NCBI GenBank assembly: GCA_951406725.2 | Contig: OX597815.1 | Location: 176,886,001 to 176,950,000 of the forward strand | DNA: 64,000 bases | Reading direction: 5' to 3' | Source of the DNA: Octopus vulgaris | Lineage: Eukaryota | In this document: one piece after another, positions 38,253-51,900 of the stretch | Layout of the letters: each line of letters opens with the position of its first letter | Numbering within the stretch: the first letter of the stretch is position 1 | The notes under the pieces: model-generated | Database searches by the model: none | Seen by the model: the letters and a program-made list of their open reading frames with translations, nothing else | What the model was told of the DNA's origin: nothing | Made by a program: the position numbers and the translations under genes

Positions 38253-39489
38253 TGTATGTATGCATGTATGGAAGATTGAAATGGCATGTCAGATGAGTTC
38301 ACACTATGGTACCTGTTCCTTTTACCAGCCAGCTTAGCTGTGCATCATGCAATAGAACGAGCAAACCTTTCGCCAGGCTCAAGAGTCACACAAGGGCCTC
38401 ACATTGTTTCAACAATAACTCATTTCAGTAATTCTGTCTAGCAATGGCTTTGCTCATATACGAAAAAGCAGCTAAGATATATATATATACAATGTGTAGA
38501 TGCATATAACGCTGTAGGGTTACACCTGATTGATTTCGAAATTTGTTTTCCCAAATCATATATATATATATATATGATACTGGCTTTGGCGTGATTAGAA
38601 TCAGAGGCAAGTACATTGTTTTAAATTTTAGAGTAAAAGGATAAATGAGAATGGGAACAATGTGAAGTTTCTAAATTTCCCAAGGGCGATGGAATCTCAC
38701 AAACTGTTGACTCGAACATTGGAATTATTCCTCGTTTTCAAGAAACTTTTACGTAAATATGTAATTCCAACTAATCTCTCTACTGGATGTTCTTCCACTG
38801 ACTTTTTTGTTCTTTCATTAGAAATTTAGAGAATTACGGAGGAGAACACTGGAATGAACGAATAAAATAGGAAGAATGGAAGACGATAAGCATCGCGAGT
38901 AAGAGAATGCGATCGAGGAGCAATAATTAGATTTTTAATGTCAGTCTCAATGATTTCCACATCCCATTACGAATTCATTAGAAACGACACGCAGACACAC
39001 ATAAGTTACGTGCCTACTTATACATGCTTGTATGTGTGTGTACGTGGGAGTATATGTGTGTGTGTTTGTGTGTGTGATTGTATGTGCGTCTGAGTATAAA
39101 TGAATATATATATATATGCTTATACATACATATATACAGAGACAAACTCACATATGATTATGTGTGTGTGTATAAATGAATATATAGATACATATACATG
39201 AATATATATATATACACACATACATATATGCAGACACGCACACACATACGCGCGCGCATATATATGAGTGTGTTTACAATAAGGCAATGCCGGGGCAGCT
39301 CCTAACCGGAAAGGTTTTATATTAATCATGTCAGTCCGTCTGCTTATTCTGAAGTTTTGCGTTTGTTGTATTGAATTCTATTTACACAGTTGTTGATTTA
39401 CTAGGTTTAAGAATAAAGTCACCAGTTTTAAGTGGTGTTAGCATAAATCCAGTCGCGGAGACAAACATATATAAATATCTAAAAAAAAT

Positions 39490-39742
39490 ACCGAGGTAGT
39501 AAGTAAAACATGATAGGGCAACAGATCAATCGGCTTGCATAATAGGGACTATAAGCGTGTGGAAACATGTGTATGTCACACACACACACACACACACAGT
39601 GCATTTGTGTATGCGTGAATGTGAGTGTGCGCGTGCGTATGTGTATGTGTGTATCACATACCCGTGTTTCCGCACGCTTATAGTTGCTGTTATGCAAGCC
39701 GATTGATCTGTTGCCTAATCATGCCTTACTTATAACATCGGT
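39490..39742. mobile_element. Foldback/MITE-like element with ~85-bp inverted arms
   Basis: ccgaggtagtaagtaaaacatgatagggcaacagatcaatcggcttgcataa... versus ...ttatgcaagccgattgatctgttgcctaatcatgccttacttataacatcgg. TA at both ends and a (CA)n/(TG)n spacer. Confidence 0.75.
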
Positions 39743-40124
39743 ACTGCTAGGTATTTAGAGCTCATAAAGTATAGGGGTGTGTTGCGTTCACTCTTTTTCG
39801 ATATAAAAAGGAAGCTAAAGTTGTCTTAGCATATGATGACTATTGGATACTTACTACTGACGAAGATCAGTGAAGCAGAAATACGTATTTAGTAATACAC
39901 CTATAGCTTGTGAAGGATTTTCATCTACTATTGGAATATTTGTCTTTTCTTTTTCAAATATGTGTGTGTTTATTTGTGTGTATGTGTGTAAGTATATATA
40001 GTTGTCTAACAGCAAACAAGAAAAGAACTCGAGTATTTGTCTTTTTTCTCACTTCGACCGATTCTAACCGGGAATAGTTGTGAGATAATCGTATGATCAC
40101 CATATATCCTGTGCCGAATCGATC

Positions 40125-41042
40125 GATTATCTATCTATGTCGTCCCACAAGATGCCTCAAGACTTTCCACACGTTTTCCCCACTCATCTCGATCCTCAGC
40201 TCTTGTATCCCTTCCATACCAGTATCCTCCAGCAAATTGTCGATTCCTCCTTCTTCTTTTGGTTCTTCCTTACGTTGGTTGTCAGAGCACTAGTTTGTTA
40301 GTAATTTCATTGGTATGTCTGATGCAGTGTCCAGCTAACCTCATCCTTCTATGCTGTATCCTCAATGTTACTTTTGGTAGTCCCTGGTATAAGTCGGCGT
40401 TTGGTGTATGACTCTTCCAGGAGACATTGAGTGCTATTCTAAGCATCCTCGTATAACAACCGTCCAACCGCTTCTTCAATGCTTTTGTGAGTGTCCATGT
40501 TTCAGCCCCGTATAGAAGAACAGACTCTACTCACTGACACAGGCATTTCATGGTTGAATACTTGCAGTTCTGTTTTCTTTGCGTTACAATACAATCCTAC
40601 CTTCCCTGATTCTTGCTCTAATCTACTCAGCACCTCCTGTGCTTGGTCTGTCCTCTCTGTTAGTAAAGCCAGGTCATCAGCATAGCCTAGGTTAGTTACT
40701 GTTACTGCTTGATGCTGTCAACTTCTTTGCTTATGCAGTTTGAATCTCAATTCTTCTTCCTTGCCTTCGTACGTTCTGTGCATTACATAATCCAGAACGA
40801 TGGCGAAGAGATAAGGTGCCAGCGTGTCGCCTTGTAATACTCTCACACTGTTGCGCTTAGAAGACTGATAGAAGAGTTAAGAGCCATAACAGGAAGGCTA
40901 TCATCTATGTAGACTTTAGAAAAGCTTTTGATTCAGTACAGGAATGGTGATGAAGATACTTAAAGCATACGATATTCCACCAAGAATTCTGATAGCAATA
41001 AGTATGATAACACCAGGACGAAAGTGATCACTCCTGATGGAT
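40125..41042 (-). mobile_element. RTE-like LINE fragment with 5' inversion and internal deletions
   Basis: Minus strand 40125-40842: VLQGDTLAPYLFAIVLDY..YADDLALL..KRLDGCYTRMLR..RMRLAGHCIRH. Plus strand 40843-41042: ALRRLIE..YVDFRKAFDSV..KILKAYDIP..VITPDG. Confidence 0.9.
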
Positions 41043-42278
41043 CGATAAGATCAGCTGTATTGGATCTATAATACTATATGTTTTGATTAATATACTTACA
41101 TATGATCAGTGGGTGAATGTCTACTCGGCTAAAATTTGCAGACGGCATGATATTACTCTACTCGTCGGAAAGTGATCTCTGACATGCATTCCACAGATGT
41201 GCTGCCGAGTGCTGTTCGGCAGGGATGGAAAATCAAGGAAGACTGGAGGAAGATGGTTGTATAACATCCATGAGCTCGTTTGATCTCATTTGGAGATCCA
41301 ACCAGGTCAACTGGGGACAGCTCTGACAGAAGTCGATGGAACTTGTAAAAGGGGAATATACCCTTATGTTTGAAATAAGCGGAAAATCCTGAATTTCTCT
41401 TTCTGTTGTTGAGCACGACTAAAAACAATTGAACATTGGATTTTTAATCACATTCTTATTTCGTAGTTGATAATTGTTTCAAAAATTCTATACAAACTAA
41501 TCCGTTGTTTTGTTTATAAAATTGCCCGTTATTAATGATCTAGTTATATGCTACGTTACATATCTACATAACCATGCATAGAATTTTCTCGTGAGAATTG
41601 TTTATAAAGACAATACACAAAAATAATCGGTTTTCTCACTTATATACGAAACATTTAGCGACGATCAGAATAGCTAGGGCGAAGATTTAGAATTTTATCA
41701 ACAAAATAGCGAGGACGAAAGAGAGGAAGAGAAAAAAAAAGAAAATAACAAGACATTCAGCTCCGTTCAACCTTAAATACAGAATCAGATAAGTGTCAAG
41801 AAAATCTCCTGCTGTGTTAGTCTGCCATCAATAGAATTGGTCATAGACTATCAGTACCATTCTGTGATACTAAATTACTTACAGGTCACCGCTGCGGATT
41901 TTTGTTTTTTGGATAATAGACCTCATGTCTACAGATGAAAACACAAATATTTTATTGGCTCCAAACACACACACACTCACTCATACACACTCACACACAC
42001 ACACACACTTCAAACCAACACTTCAAAAAGCCTACAACTACACATTCACACACTTGTAATACTGTATGCATATTTATATGTGAACATATTACAACATTGT
42101 TTTGTGTTCCGCATGCCATTATGTATATAAATAAGTGGATAATTGTACCCGCACATACAATATATACACATACACGTGTGTGTGAGTGTGTGTAATGTAA
42201 ATATAGATATGTACATTCACATATGAATGTATATATGTATATGTATACACACACGCACATACACTAGTAAAGCTGTGC

Positions 42279-42318
<40 letters not shown>

Positions 42319-42321
<3 letters not shown>

Positions 42322-42630
42322 GGTTGTATACTGTCAATCTAACACGAACGTGACAGTAGGGGGGTACACCACCGCTGTTTAGCCTAGGAAGCATCGACGC
42401 CTCCTGATGGCTTTGACACATTTTTTCCTGTGTCCTTATATACATTTACGAAGGGACACAGGAAAAAATGTGTCAAAGCAATCAGGAGGCGTCGATGCTT
42501 CCTATGGCTAAACAGCGGTGGTGTACCCCCCTACTGTTACGTTCGTATTAGATTGACAGTATACAATCATTCTATCACCCCACCATCGTATATGTCTCTA
42601 CGAGAGATTTAGAAATTTAGTATTTCTGAT
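42319..42630 (+). mobile_element. Palindromic (TA)n-flanked element, ~120-bp arms plus unique tail
   Basis: Arms 42319-42437 and 42451-42571 are inverted with few mismatches. Tail ends gagagatttagaaatttagtatttctga then TA repeats. Confidence 0.8.
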
Positions 42631-43013
42631 ATATATACATACATACATACATACATATGCCTATAGCACTCTTTTTGCATTTTATAAGCCAGCGTGTATT
42701 TAAATAAATGGATAAGCGTGCACCCTTATACATACCCGCATACACAAACGCATACATGTATATACACATCCTTCATTAATAATAATTCATCTCATATGTA
42801 TAAACGTTTATTATCCCATAGGTATACTTGTATATACTCTCTCTTTTTCTCTCTCTCTCTCTCATACCATCTACACACTACATTTCACACATAAGCTCAG
42901 CAATAATCTCACCGACAATCAAGAAACATTTGTAAAATTGCAAATATATGCATAGAAATGCAAATACACATCTCATTTCCCAAATGTGTACACACACACA
43001 CACACACACACAT

Positions 43014-43082
<69 letters not shown>

Positions 43083-44250
43083 TTTACACTTGTATGAATG
43101 TATGCAAATCGAATCACAAGCAAAATTGGAAGGTTAAAGCAGGACATAGAAGACTTCATTTCATGTGTTATTTTCAGGTGAGAACCTGTACAGCCGATGA
43201 CATGGATCATCAGGTTATCTCAACCTAATAATTATTTCGTTTACTTCGTCCTTAATGTCCTGATTATATATTCGTGAATCGGTACTTTTGTTGATTTTTT
43301 ATACATCGATGGTTCCATCGTATAATAATTTCAGAATGTTTGTCAATTAAGTTAGACTTGCACTCCAATATTCGCTTCCCTTCTGTACACATAACTTTCC
43401 TTCCTTTCATCCTCCGTCGTTTGGAAAAGCGGTCTAAATTATCGATCAACAGATCAAATAGTCAATATTCCCCTCAATTTACCTAATATAACCAATGAAA
43501 TAATTTGCCTCTTCCGTCTGACCTTAAATGAGTTAAAAGGATTCATCTATATTTTAAAGTAGCCTGCTGTGGCCCCGGTGAGTTTGGGTTGGTCTTTTGT
43601 ATACCATGTTTCTTTGGAAGTGATTGTTGTCCAAAGGTTATGCAACGTTATTTCTGGCTGTTCCACGGTCGAATGTTGGTGGTAGTTTTCAGGTTAGAAT
43701 CATTCCGAAATGGCTAGTAGCATTACTGATGAAAGTAGCTTTGGTACCGCTTTCACTATTATTCCGGGTATCTATATTTTGCGGTATTATAGCTGTATAT
43801 ATTTTCCGGGTTATCAGTAGGTTTATTTAATTTACTATTATTCATTTTAGGAAAAAAAAAACAAAACAACATTAAGTTTAGAGATATTGCATACGATAGA
43901 TGTAAAATCTCTTGCTGATTGTATGGTGATTAGTCTCATTTAGAAATGAGTTGAAGCTATCAGTCAAAGGTCGGGTATAGGCGACGGCGACGATGATCAG
44001 GATAGTGTTCCGGTAGAATTGTTGGGACTAAATATTGGACACAATGCTTTGCGCTACTCATTTGTGAACTTTTGGGTTCAAAATCCTTAAAGTCAGTTTT
44101 GCTTTCATCTCTCCATTTCAATAAAATGAAATAAAAATTGTGTATTATGGACGGATTTCGCCCCCTTTTCTCAAAATTCAAGACTTTCTACCAGTTTTCT
44201 AAACAAATGTTCTCTTTTGTCGGGTTTATGTATGTACGTACACACCCACA

Positions 44251-44281
<31 letters not shown>

Positions 44282-44339
44282 GCATGTATACGTGTGTATG
44301 GTTATTTGAGGTATATAACTGGTCCTTGGTCTTGAGATT

Positions 44340-44665
44340 TTAGTCGAATGGATCGACCCCAGGACTTATTTCTTTCAAAGTCTGTTACTTATTCTGTTAG
44401 TCTGTATTGCCGAACCACTAAGTTATAGGGATATACACAAACGCCGGTTATCAAGACACACACACACACACAAACTTCCCCCTCTCTCTCTCTTACATAC
44501 AGACACACACGGACATACGACCGACTTCTATCAGTTTCTGTCTACCAAATGCGTTTACAAGGCTTTGATGGGCCCGGGGCTTAGTAGGGGACACTTGCCG
44601 AAGGTGACACAAAGCGGGACTGAACCTGGACCTATTTGGTTGGAAAGGAAGATTCTTACCACGCT
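44340..44665 (-). mobile_element. SINE A, diverged
   Basis: tagtcgaatggatcgaccccaggacttatt...cagtttctgtctaccaaat...gggactgaacctgga. Confidence 0.8.
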
Positions 44666-45044
44666 TGCCCTTATTTCTTTCTCTCTCTCTCTATTTGAAA
44701 AAATGAGCAGTGATGTATTTTGGTGGTGGTGGTGGAGATAATTTTTATTTTACTCTTAATATTTACAATCAAAATTATTCTCCCCCAAAAGCCATCTCTA
44801 CTCATTTGTTTTCAAATATATATTATACTTTACCAATAACATTTTTATTATTCTACTATACATATGTGTGTGTGTGTGTATGTATTTATTTGTGTGTGTG
44901 TGTGTGTATATATTTATGTATGAGTGTGTGTATATATTTATGTGTGTGTCTTTATTTATGTATGTGTGTGTGTATTTATTTATGTGTGTGTGTGTATTTA
45001 TTTATGTATGTGTGTGTGTGTGTGTATACGGTCTTTTACATGTG

Positions 45045-45088
<44 letters not shown>

Positions 45089-45271
45089 CATACATGAGTT
45101 TAATATTTTCAACGCATAAGACATCTACTGTCTATCTTCACCATCAGCGGTCGATTTTCCGTTTCCAGGTGGAAGAAAAAGTGCCATAAACTGATATTCC
45201 TGTTCTATGGAAGTCTAAGGCAACATGATAGACACAAATCAAGCTAGTTGTGAAACAGCAATGCTGTTCTA

Positions 45272-45284
45272 GTTGCTAAGGAAC
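45272..45284. promoter_or_regulatory. X-box (RFX)-like motif
   Basis: GTTGCTAAGGAAC fits GTTGCY-N-RGNAAC, with a second half-site ctaaggcaac ~50 bp upstream, in unique sequence. Confidence 0.3.
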
Positions 45285-45853
45285 GGCCACTTCATGACAA
45301 ACATTTAAGGATTTTCATATTGATTTTTTTTTTGTGTGTATTTTATTTCTATTTTTGTCTGATTTTTCTTTTACTGACATATTTGCCTAATTATTAATAT
45401 GCCAGTGATCATCATAATCATCATCATTAAAAACAGCTACACCACCTACACCACCACCACCACACAACAACATAATCTACGTTACAACAGCAGCTGCCAT
45501 TTGGCCACTATGATAATGGTGGTTAGTTCTATCGCTTTCGTCATCGACGTCGTCAGATCGCTGAACGAAACAATTCTCTGTCCACCAAGAATTTCGAAAG
45601 CAAGGTAAGCAAATGATTGACTTGCACAAACGGAAGAATATGCAGTCAACGTAAAGAAACAATAGGACCGTATTGTCATCGTCTAAAAAAGCCATTGTAT
45701 TGTCCTCTCAAGTATGACCGTAAGTAGGTGTATCACTTGGTCAATGGCGAAATATACAAGTAAAAATAAAAATGAAAATAAAGATTAGAATTACAAATAG
45801 ATACAAATAATTCGGTCTGTGACAGTGGTAGAGACGAGGTATCGTTTAAATAA

Positions 45854-46085
45854 ATTTCTTTACTACTCACAAGGGGCTAAACACAGAGGGGACAAACAAG
45901 GACAGACGAACGGATTAAGTCGATTATATAGACCCCAGTGTGTAACTGGTACTTAATTTATCGACCCCGAAAGGATGAAAGGCAAAGTCGACCTCGGCGG
46001 AATTTGAACCCAGAACGTAACGGCAGACGAAATACGGCTACGCATTTCGCCCGGCGTGCTAACATTTCTGCCAGTTCGCCGCCTT
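45854..46085 (-). mobile_element. SINE B, full length
   Basis: Reverse complement of the 57497 and 16897 copies. Confidence 0.92.
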
Positions 46086-46098
46086 ATATGAGAGAAAG

Positions 46099-46188
46099 AC
46101 GCTTACAGCACCTAGGTTTCCCAAGCGGTCACCCATCTAAGTACTAACTAGGCTCGACTTTGCTTAACTTCGGTGATCGGACGAGAAC
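46099..46188 (-). pseudogene. 5S rRNA pseudogene, 5'-truncated (~nt 31-119)
   Basis: Minus strand GTTCTCGTCCGATCACCGAAGTTAAGCAAAGTCGAGCCTAGTTAGTACTTAGATGGGTGACCGCTTGGGAAACCTAGGTGCTGTAAGC retains box A and box C. Confidence 0.9.
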
Positions 46189-46448
46189 AACTACAATAAT
46201 GCTACATTGAAAGCAGTTACAACAGATTAGCTCACGCCGAATCGGACACTTGTCGGACAATAATCTCAACTAAATAAAATAACTCGTACAAGACACGAAG
46301 ACAACACAGGAATCCCTACCATAGCAACCGATGCAAAATCTGCGACAGTATTATTCGGTAACATTACAAAAAAATTTTATTTACCTTTTCAGCCTTAGAT
46401 TGCGTCGGGGCTGGAGCACCCCCAAACCTTAAAATATTTAATCGTACA

Positions 46449-46843
46449 GGCGCAGGAGTGGCTGTGTGGTAAGTAGCTTCCTTACCAACCACATGGTTCC
46501 GGGTTTATTCCCACTGCGTTGCACCTTTGACAAGGGTCTTCTACTATAGCCTCGGGCCGACCAAAGCCTTGTGAGTGGATTTGGTAGACGAAAACTGAAA
46601 GAAGCCCGTCGCATATATGTATATGTATATATATGTGTGTGTGTGTTTGTGTGTCTGTCCCCCCACCAATATCGCTTGACAACCGATGCTGGTGTGTTTA
46701 CGTCCCCGTAACTTGGCGGTTCGGCAAAAGAGACTGATAGGGTAAATACTAGGCTTACAAAGAATAAGTCTTGGGGTCGATTTGCTCGACTAAAGGCGGT
46801 GCTCCAGCAAGGCCACAGTCAAATGAATGAAACAAATAAAAGA
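46449..46843 (+). mobile_element. SINE A, full length
   Basis: Consensus head to tail. A deleted, decayed minus-strand copy follows tail-to-tail at ~46850-47100. Confidence 0.92.
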
Positions 46844-48539
46844 CAGTACTAATCGATCTCAGTATTTAGTTATACTTTTTAAAGCCTGGTACTTATTATA
46901 TGTCTCTTTTGCCGACGTAAACACACCAACACCGGTTGCAAAGAATTGGAGGACAAACATATACGGGAGCACGTGCGTGTGTGTGCGCGCGCACACACGC
47001 ACACACTTTCTGTCTACCAAATCCACTCACAAGGTGCCACACAGTGGGAGTGAACCTGCAACCATGTGGGTGGGGAGCACCCATCTTATCACACAGCCAC
47101 GTCTGAGTCTATTACGTATGTATTAACAGTCGGAAAATTTCTTCATGGTTATGAATTTTCATGATAATGTTGATGATGGTGAGGATGAGGATTATGATGA
47201 TGATGATGACAACGACGACGGCGATGCCAATAGTGTTGTCAACGGGAGGGAAATGTTATTGATGATGTTGCTGCCGCTGTGGATAATGGCAAAGATGGCG
47301 GTGATAAACATTTTTTTTATATTAGCACAAAAAGCCGTAGAACCGCGGCACCGAGAAGACAATAAGTATTTATTTATCGCCCAATAGAATAAAAGTCAGG
47401 TATAAACATGCTACTTAGAAACGATAGAGTTCCGATGTTAACGTAGTTCATGTTTTGTCTTGAAATGTTATAGAATTCTTGTCTTCATGCATTGGTGACT
47501 TTGAATAATGATATCCTACTGACCTTCATTTCGTTTATAAAAGGGCCTATGATAAACGTTAAGCCTATTTTGTTGCTATTATGAATGTATTTTAAGTGGC
47601 AGGGTGCAGTACCAGTTCAACGCTGGACAAATACGTTGCGGTGTTAAGCGATATTGCTTTTATATTGTGAATATAAAAAAAAAAAAAAAAACAAAAACAA
47701 AAAAACGAAATCCAATGCGGCCTTGTTTTTCTCATGTCATCCTTCCGGAATCAAGAAATTATTTACCGGTTATATGAGCAATAATAAACTGCATCGATTT
47801 CGTAAATCTCGTTCTTTACGAATAAATAGCTTAGTGTCAAAATAGAAAATTTAGTTATAACAAAAGGCTTGGATGGCAGAAGAAGTAAGTTAAACGAAAG
47901 ATAACATTTCATTCATTCTTTCGCCTTTTATAACTGCAGGGCCCCCATATGCTCCAACGCAGCAGGTCGATTTGATCGTTTATACACCATCCCCACAATT
48001 GTATTAAGCTAGAACTACCCCCTCCTGTTCAGCTGCTTCTAAAAACACCTTCTGTGTATAATTAGCCCTTTAAGTAATTCCTGATGAAAGTACATTCAAT
48101 TGAATGACTGAATAAGAAAACGAAGTCAATGGTTATTTTGCGCGTATATTGAGGGAGACTAAACAGTATTCAGTAACGCCCTTTACACGCCATCGAAAAG
48201 AAAAACCGGAATCAGAATCCATTTCATGGAACACGCAGTGTATAGAGTGGTTTATGCATATTTCTTTGTTTTGTTGTTTAGTCACAGGGAGAAGCGCAAC
48301 ACGCATATGATCATTTTTTATTTGCCCAAGTCTTGCGAGACATTTTCGAAGAGGGAAGGAAGTAATCCATGGAACGAAGGTAGGGTCCAGAATAACGTAA
48401 CTGAAAGCTGTTCAATAAAGTCATACAAGGATCATGTGGTTAGGGTTCAAGTGACGATGGATTAAGTCTACGACCCAAATACAATCATAAAGGAAACAAT
48501 GGTAATCATATTGCTATAGGTATGCAGGTTTACTTATAT

Positions 48540-48700
48540 CAAAATAAGCAACAAGGATATCCAGAGGTAATGCTGTACGATCGTTTCAAGCGACTCCATT
48601 TAATTGAACAATGCAAATATTACATCAATTTTAAAATGTAGAGCAATCTTCAGTTGCATAAAAATATAGAATTTAGTTAAATTTGTATAGTTTTCCTATT
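48540..48700 (-). mobile_element. Second copy of the 20281-20488 hammerhead-like element
   Basis: Minus strand: tgcaa-CTGAAGA...GAAA-cgatcg-TA-cagcattacctctggatatccttgttg. Confidence 0.6.
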
Positions 48701-48910
48701 ATCTTTAATCACAAAGAGGATAAGTAGATAGACAAAGAACATGTTTCAGCAACAACATCATACTTACAACTATGATGTTGTTGATGAAATTTTGAATTAT
48801 ATGGATAATACCATACTAAATTCTTGTGTCTTTAACTTAAGTATAATATTCAACTGAATCTAAATTTTACTGAAGTTATATATATATATATATATATATA
48901 TGAGTATATA

Positions 48911-49510
48911 ACGATTTATTGCCAATGTGGCAGTCCCATTTTGGGGCAACTGTTGTTTAGCCCTAGGAGACCTCATCTCCAGCTGGCTATACGACACACG
49001 ATCTGCGTCCTTATATTTACGAACAGAGGAGGTTAGCAGCTTCACCCAGCACAAAGCTGTATCTGTGGACCGTACGGTTTCAGGGATATTTCTCTTCGTC
49101 GGCACAGAATAACTCTTCGGCTGAGACGGCGCTTCTAAACACCCGTCTGAAAATAGATATGATTTTCTAAGTAACTCACAGTCACTGGTCTAATAAGCGT
49201 GTGTTTAGCAGCACCATCTCAGTCGAAGAGTTATTCTATAGCAACGAAGTGAAATAGCCCCGAAACCATACGGTCCACAGATACAACTTTGTGCTGGGTG
49301 GGGATGCTAACCCGTCCTGTTCGAAAATATAAGGACACAGATCGTGTGTTGTATAGCCCGTTGGATATGATATCTCCTGGGGTTAAACAACAGTAGCATT
49401 CGCGCCCAAAATGGACTTCCACATTAGCTTGGTAAAAAATCGGTAATTTAAAGTGCTGCTACTGAATATTTCGCGTTGAGAGATTTAGGAACGTCAATAT
49501 TTCTATTTTA
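48911..49510 (+). mobile_element. Older palindromic (TA)n-flanked element, ~235-bp arms each with a hammerhead-like motif
   Basis: Arms ~48911-49146 and ~49197-49444 are diverged inverted repeats. The tail resembles that of the 42319 element. Confidence 0.8.
49062..49108 (-). ncRNA. Minimal hammerhead-like motif
   Basis: tctgtg-CCGACGA-agaga[aata]tccct-GAAA-ccgtacgg-TC-cacaga. Perfect 6-bp stem I, palindromic stem III, GUC triplet. Confidence 0.6.
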
Positions 49511-49531
49511 TGTGGTGTATATATATATATC

Positions 49532-49567
<36 letters not shown>

Positions 49568-49812
49568 AATATACATACATGCATACATACATACACAGAG
49601 TGGGTGAGAGAGAATGGAATTAGCAAAGCAAGAGCACACACGAAGACGGAAAGTGTCGCTGAAGCGGTCACGGATGTGTAACGAAAGATTTCCGGACAAT
49701 AGACATGAGTTAAAATGATAAAATAAGAACAATAATAAACGAGTGAAGGAAAAATTATATAGAGTGCGTGTGTTTATTTGGCAAAAAGAAGACAAAATGT
49801 CCGTCCTGAAAT

Positions 49813-49859
<47 letters not shown>

Positions 49860-50120
49860 TACAGGACGTCACCAACTGCGCAAACAATATGAAATACGTA
49901 AACATTCAAGCCACCGTAAATCCTAAATTATATTTTAGAATTTATGGGAGCAACTGTCTTTTGAGACTCATATTGTCGTTGAATGTTCGAAATGGGGAGT
50001 AGAGAGACAGCCGACAACTGGTGAAGGGTCTTTTCTGTGTGTTTACTTGTCATGTTTTCCATTTTTCCTCTCGTTGTTTACATATTTAACTTGTTTGTTT
50101 ACGCAATGTGTGTGTGTGTG

Positions 50121-50193
<73 letters not shown>

Positions 50194-50299
50194 ATTTCTA
50201 CGTATTTCTATTTTGGGAGTAGAATGCCAAGAGAGAGATGGATGACTGGACGCTGAATATTAGCGACGAATGGAAAAGGCAACTGAAGAACTAGGGCGA

Positions 50300-50560
50300 G
50301 ATATGAGTAATGGCATTCCAGGCAGAGATGGTGAATTGTGTTCTCACCGTTTTCCCTTATTCGTCTGAGTTATGGACGACGAATAGTGAATACCAGAAAA
50401 TGTTTCGGAGACTCCAACAAAAACGTTTGCCGTATTGTACTGAGACAGGTTCGAACACCAGATACAGAGGAACTGTAAAGAGCCATTTACACTAGTAACC
50501 TGGACAAAGCATATTGTATGGGACAGCATCGAAGGGAAGCTAATACTGGCCTTCCGACTG
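50300..50560 (+). mobile_element. Very old RTE-like LINE fragment
   Basis: NCVLTVFPYSSELWTT...RLQQKRL...TPDTEEL resembles the post-RT region of RTE. Confidence 0.4.
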
Positions 50561-51118
50561 GAAACTGAGAAGCGGTCGCAAAAGTTAGTCTTGAAGAAGA
50601 ATCAATGGCGGCATAAAAGAAAGAAAGAAAGAGAAAAAAAAAACGGAACTGGCGACAGCCAAAAAGTAAATCAGAATGACTGGGACGCATTCCGTTAAGA
50701 AAGTTTGGAACATATTTGAGGAAGGGCAGATGAAACCTGCAAAGATCAAAAGTGCCACTTGTCTGTTAATCTGAAGAGCAGGAAATATGGTGGAAGGATT
50801 GTTTCGAAAATTTGATTTACTAATCACGTTTGATTGCACATATATTCACTGAAGCATTACACCAACACCTAACTCTTACCTTACTACTTACAATGTATTC
50901 TACAGATCTATCTAGCTATCTGTCTGTCTGTCTATCCGATCCCTTTTGATCGGAATTTTATTTTTCTCTTTTTTTTTTCTATTTTCGAAAAGAAAAGCTC
51001 TACATTGTATTTTGTCCCATCTGTTTTCGGCCCTGTGTAGCTAATAAACTTATCTGTCTGTCTGTTTGACTGGCATTCTGCCTGCATGTCTGTCTGTCTA
51101 AGTATGAATGTATATATC

Positions 51119-51345
<227 letters not shown>

Positions 51346-51711
51346 TGCGCGCGCGCGTGTATTTTTCATACAGCATCATTTAAGAGTTCATACAGCATCA
51401 TGTAAGAGTTCGTTTCAAAATCTCGAGGATTCTGTGTCTGATGCCAAATATGGCATTTTAAGCATGTTGTTGTTATTTTTTTTCTATTATTACATCGAGG
51501 CAATCCGGAAATTTTACCAGTCAAATCGGAAACAAGGCTGACAGAAACTTTTTGGAAGCCTTTCAAATAGATTGTACCAAAGGCGGGCCCTTGTCAAATA
51601 TAAACACAGTTTCTGGTTTGAGAATCACGTTAAGAGGTCGCATGGTTGTAGATTACTCAGCCGGATACAAGCTAATCAGACAATTGAATCAACACACCCA
51701 AAAACCGTTAG

Positions 51712-51841
51712 ACCTACCTACCTATCTGTCAGTCTGTCTGTCTGTCTATCTATCTGCCTATCTATCTGCCTATCTATCTGCCTATCTATCTGCCTATCTA
51801 TCTGCCTATCTATCTGCCTATCTATCTGCCTATCTATCTGC

Positions 51842-51900
<59 letters not shown>
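51712..51900. repeat. (TATCTATCTGCC)n 12-mer grading into (TATC)n
   Basis: About eight 12-bp units between (TGTC)n and (TATC)n tracts. Confidence 0.95.

Noticed and set aside
48078-48120. CTGATGA followed by a palindromic stem and GAAT
   Set aside because: No GAAA, no stem III and no UH site; not counted as a hammerhead.
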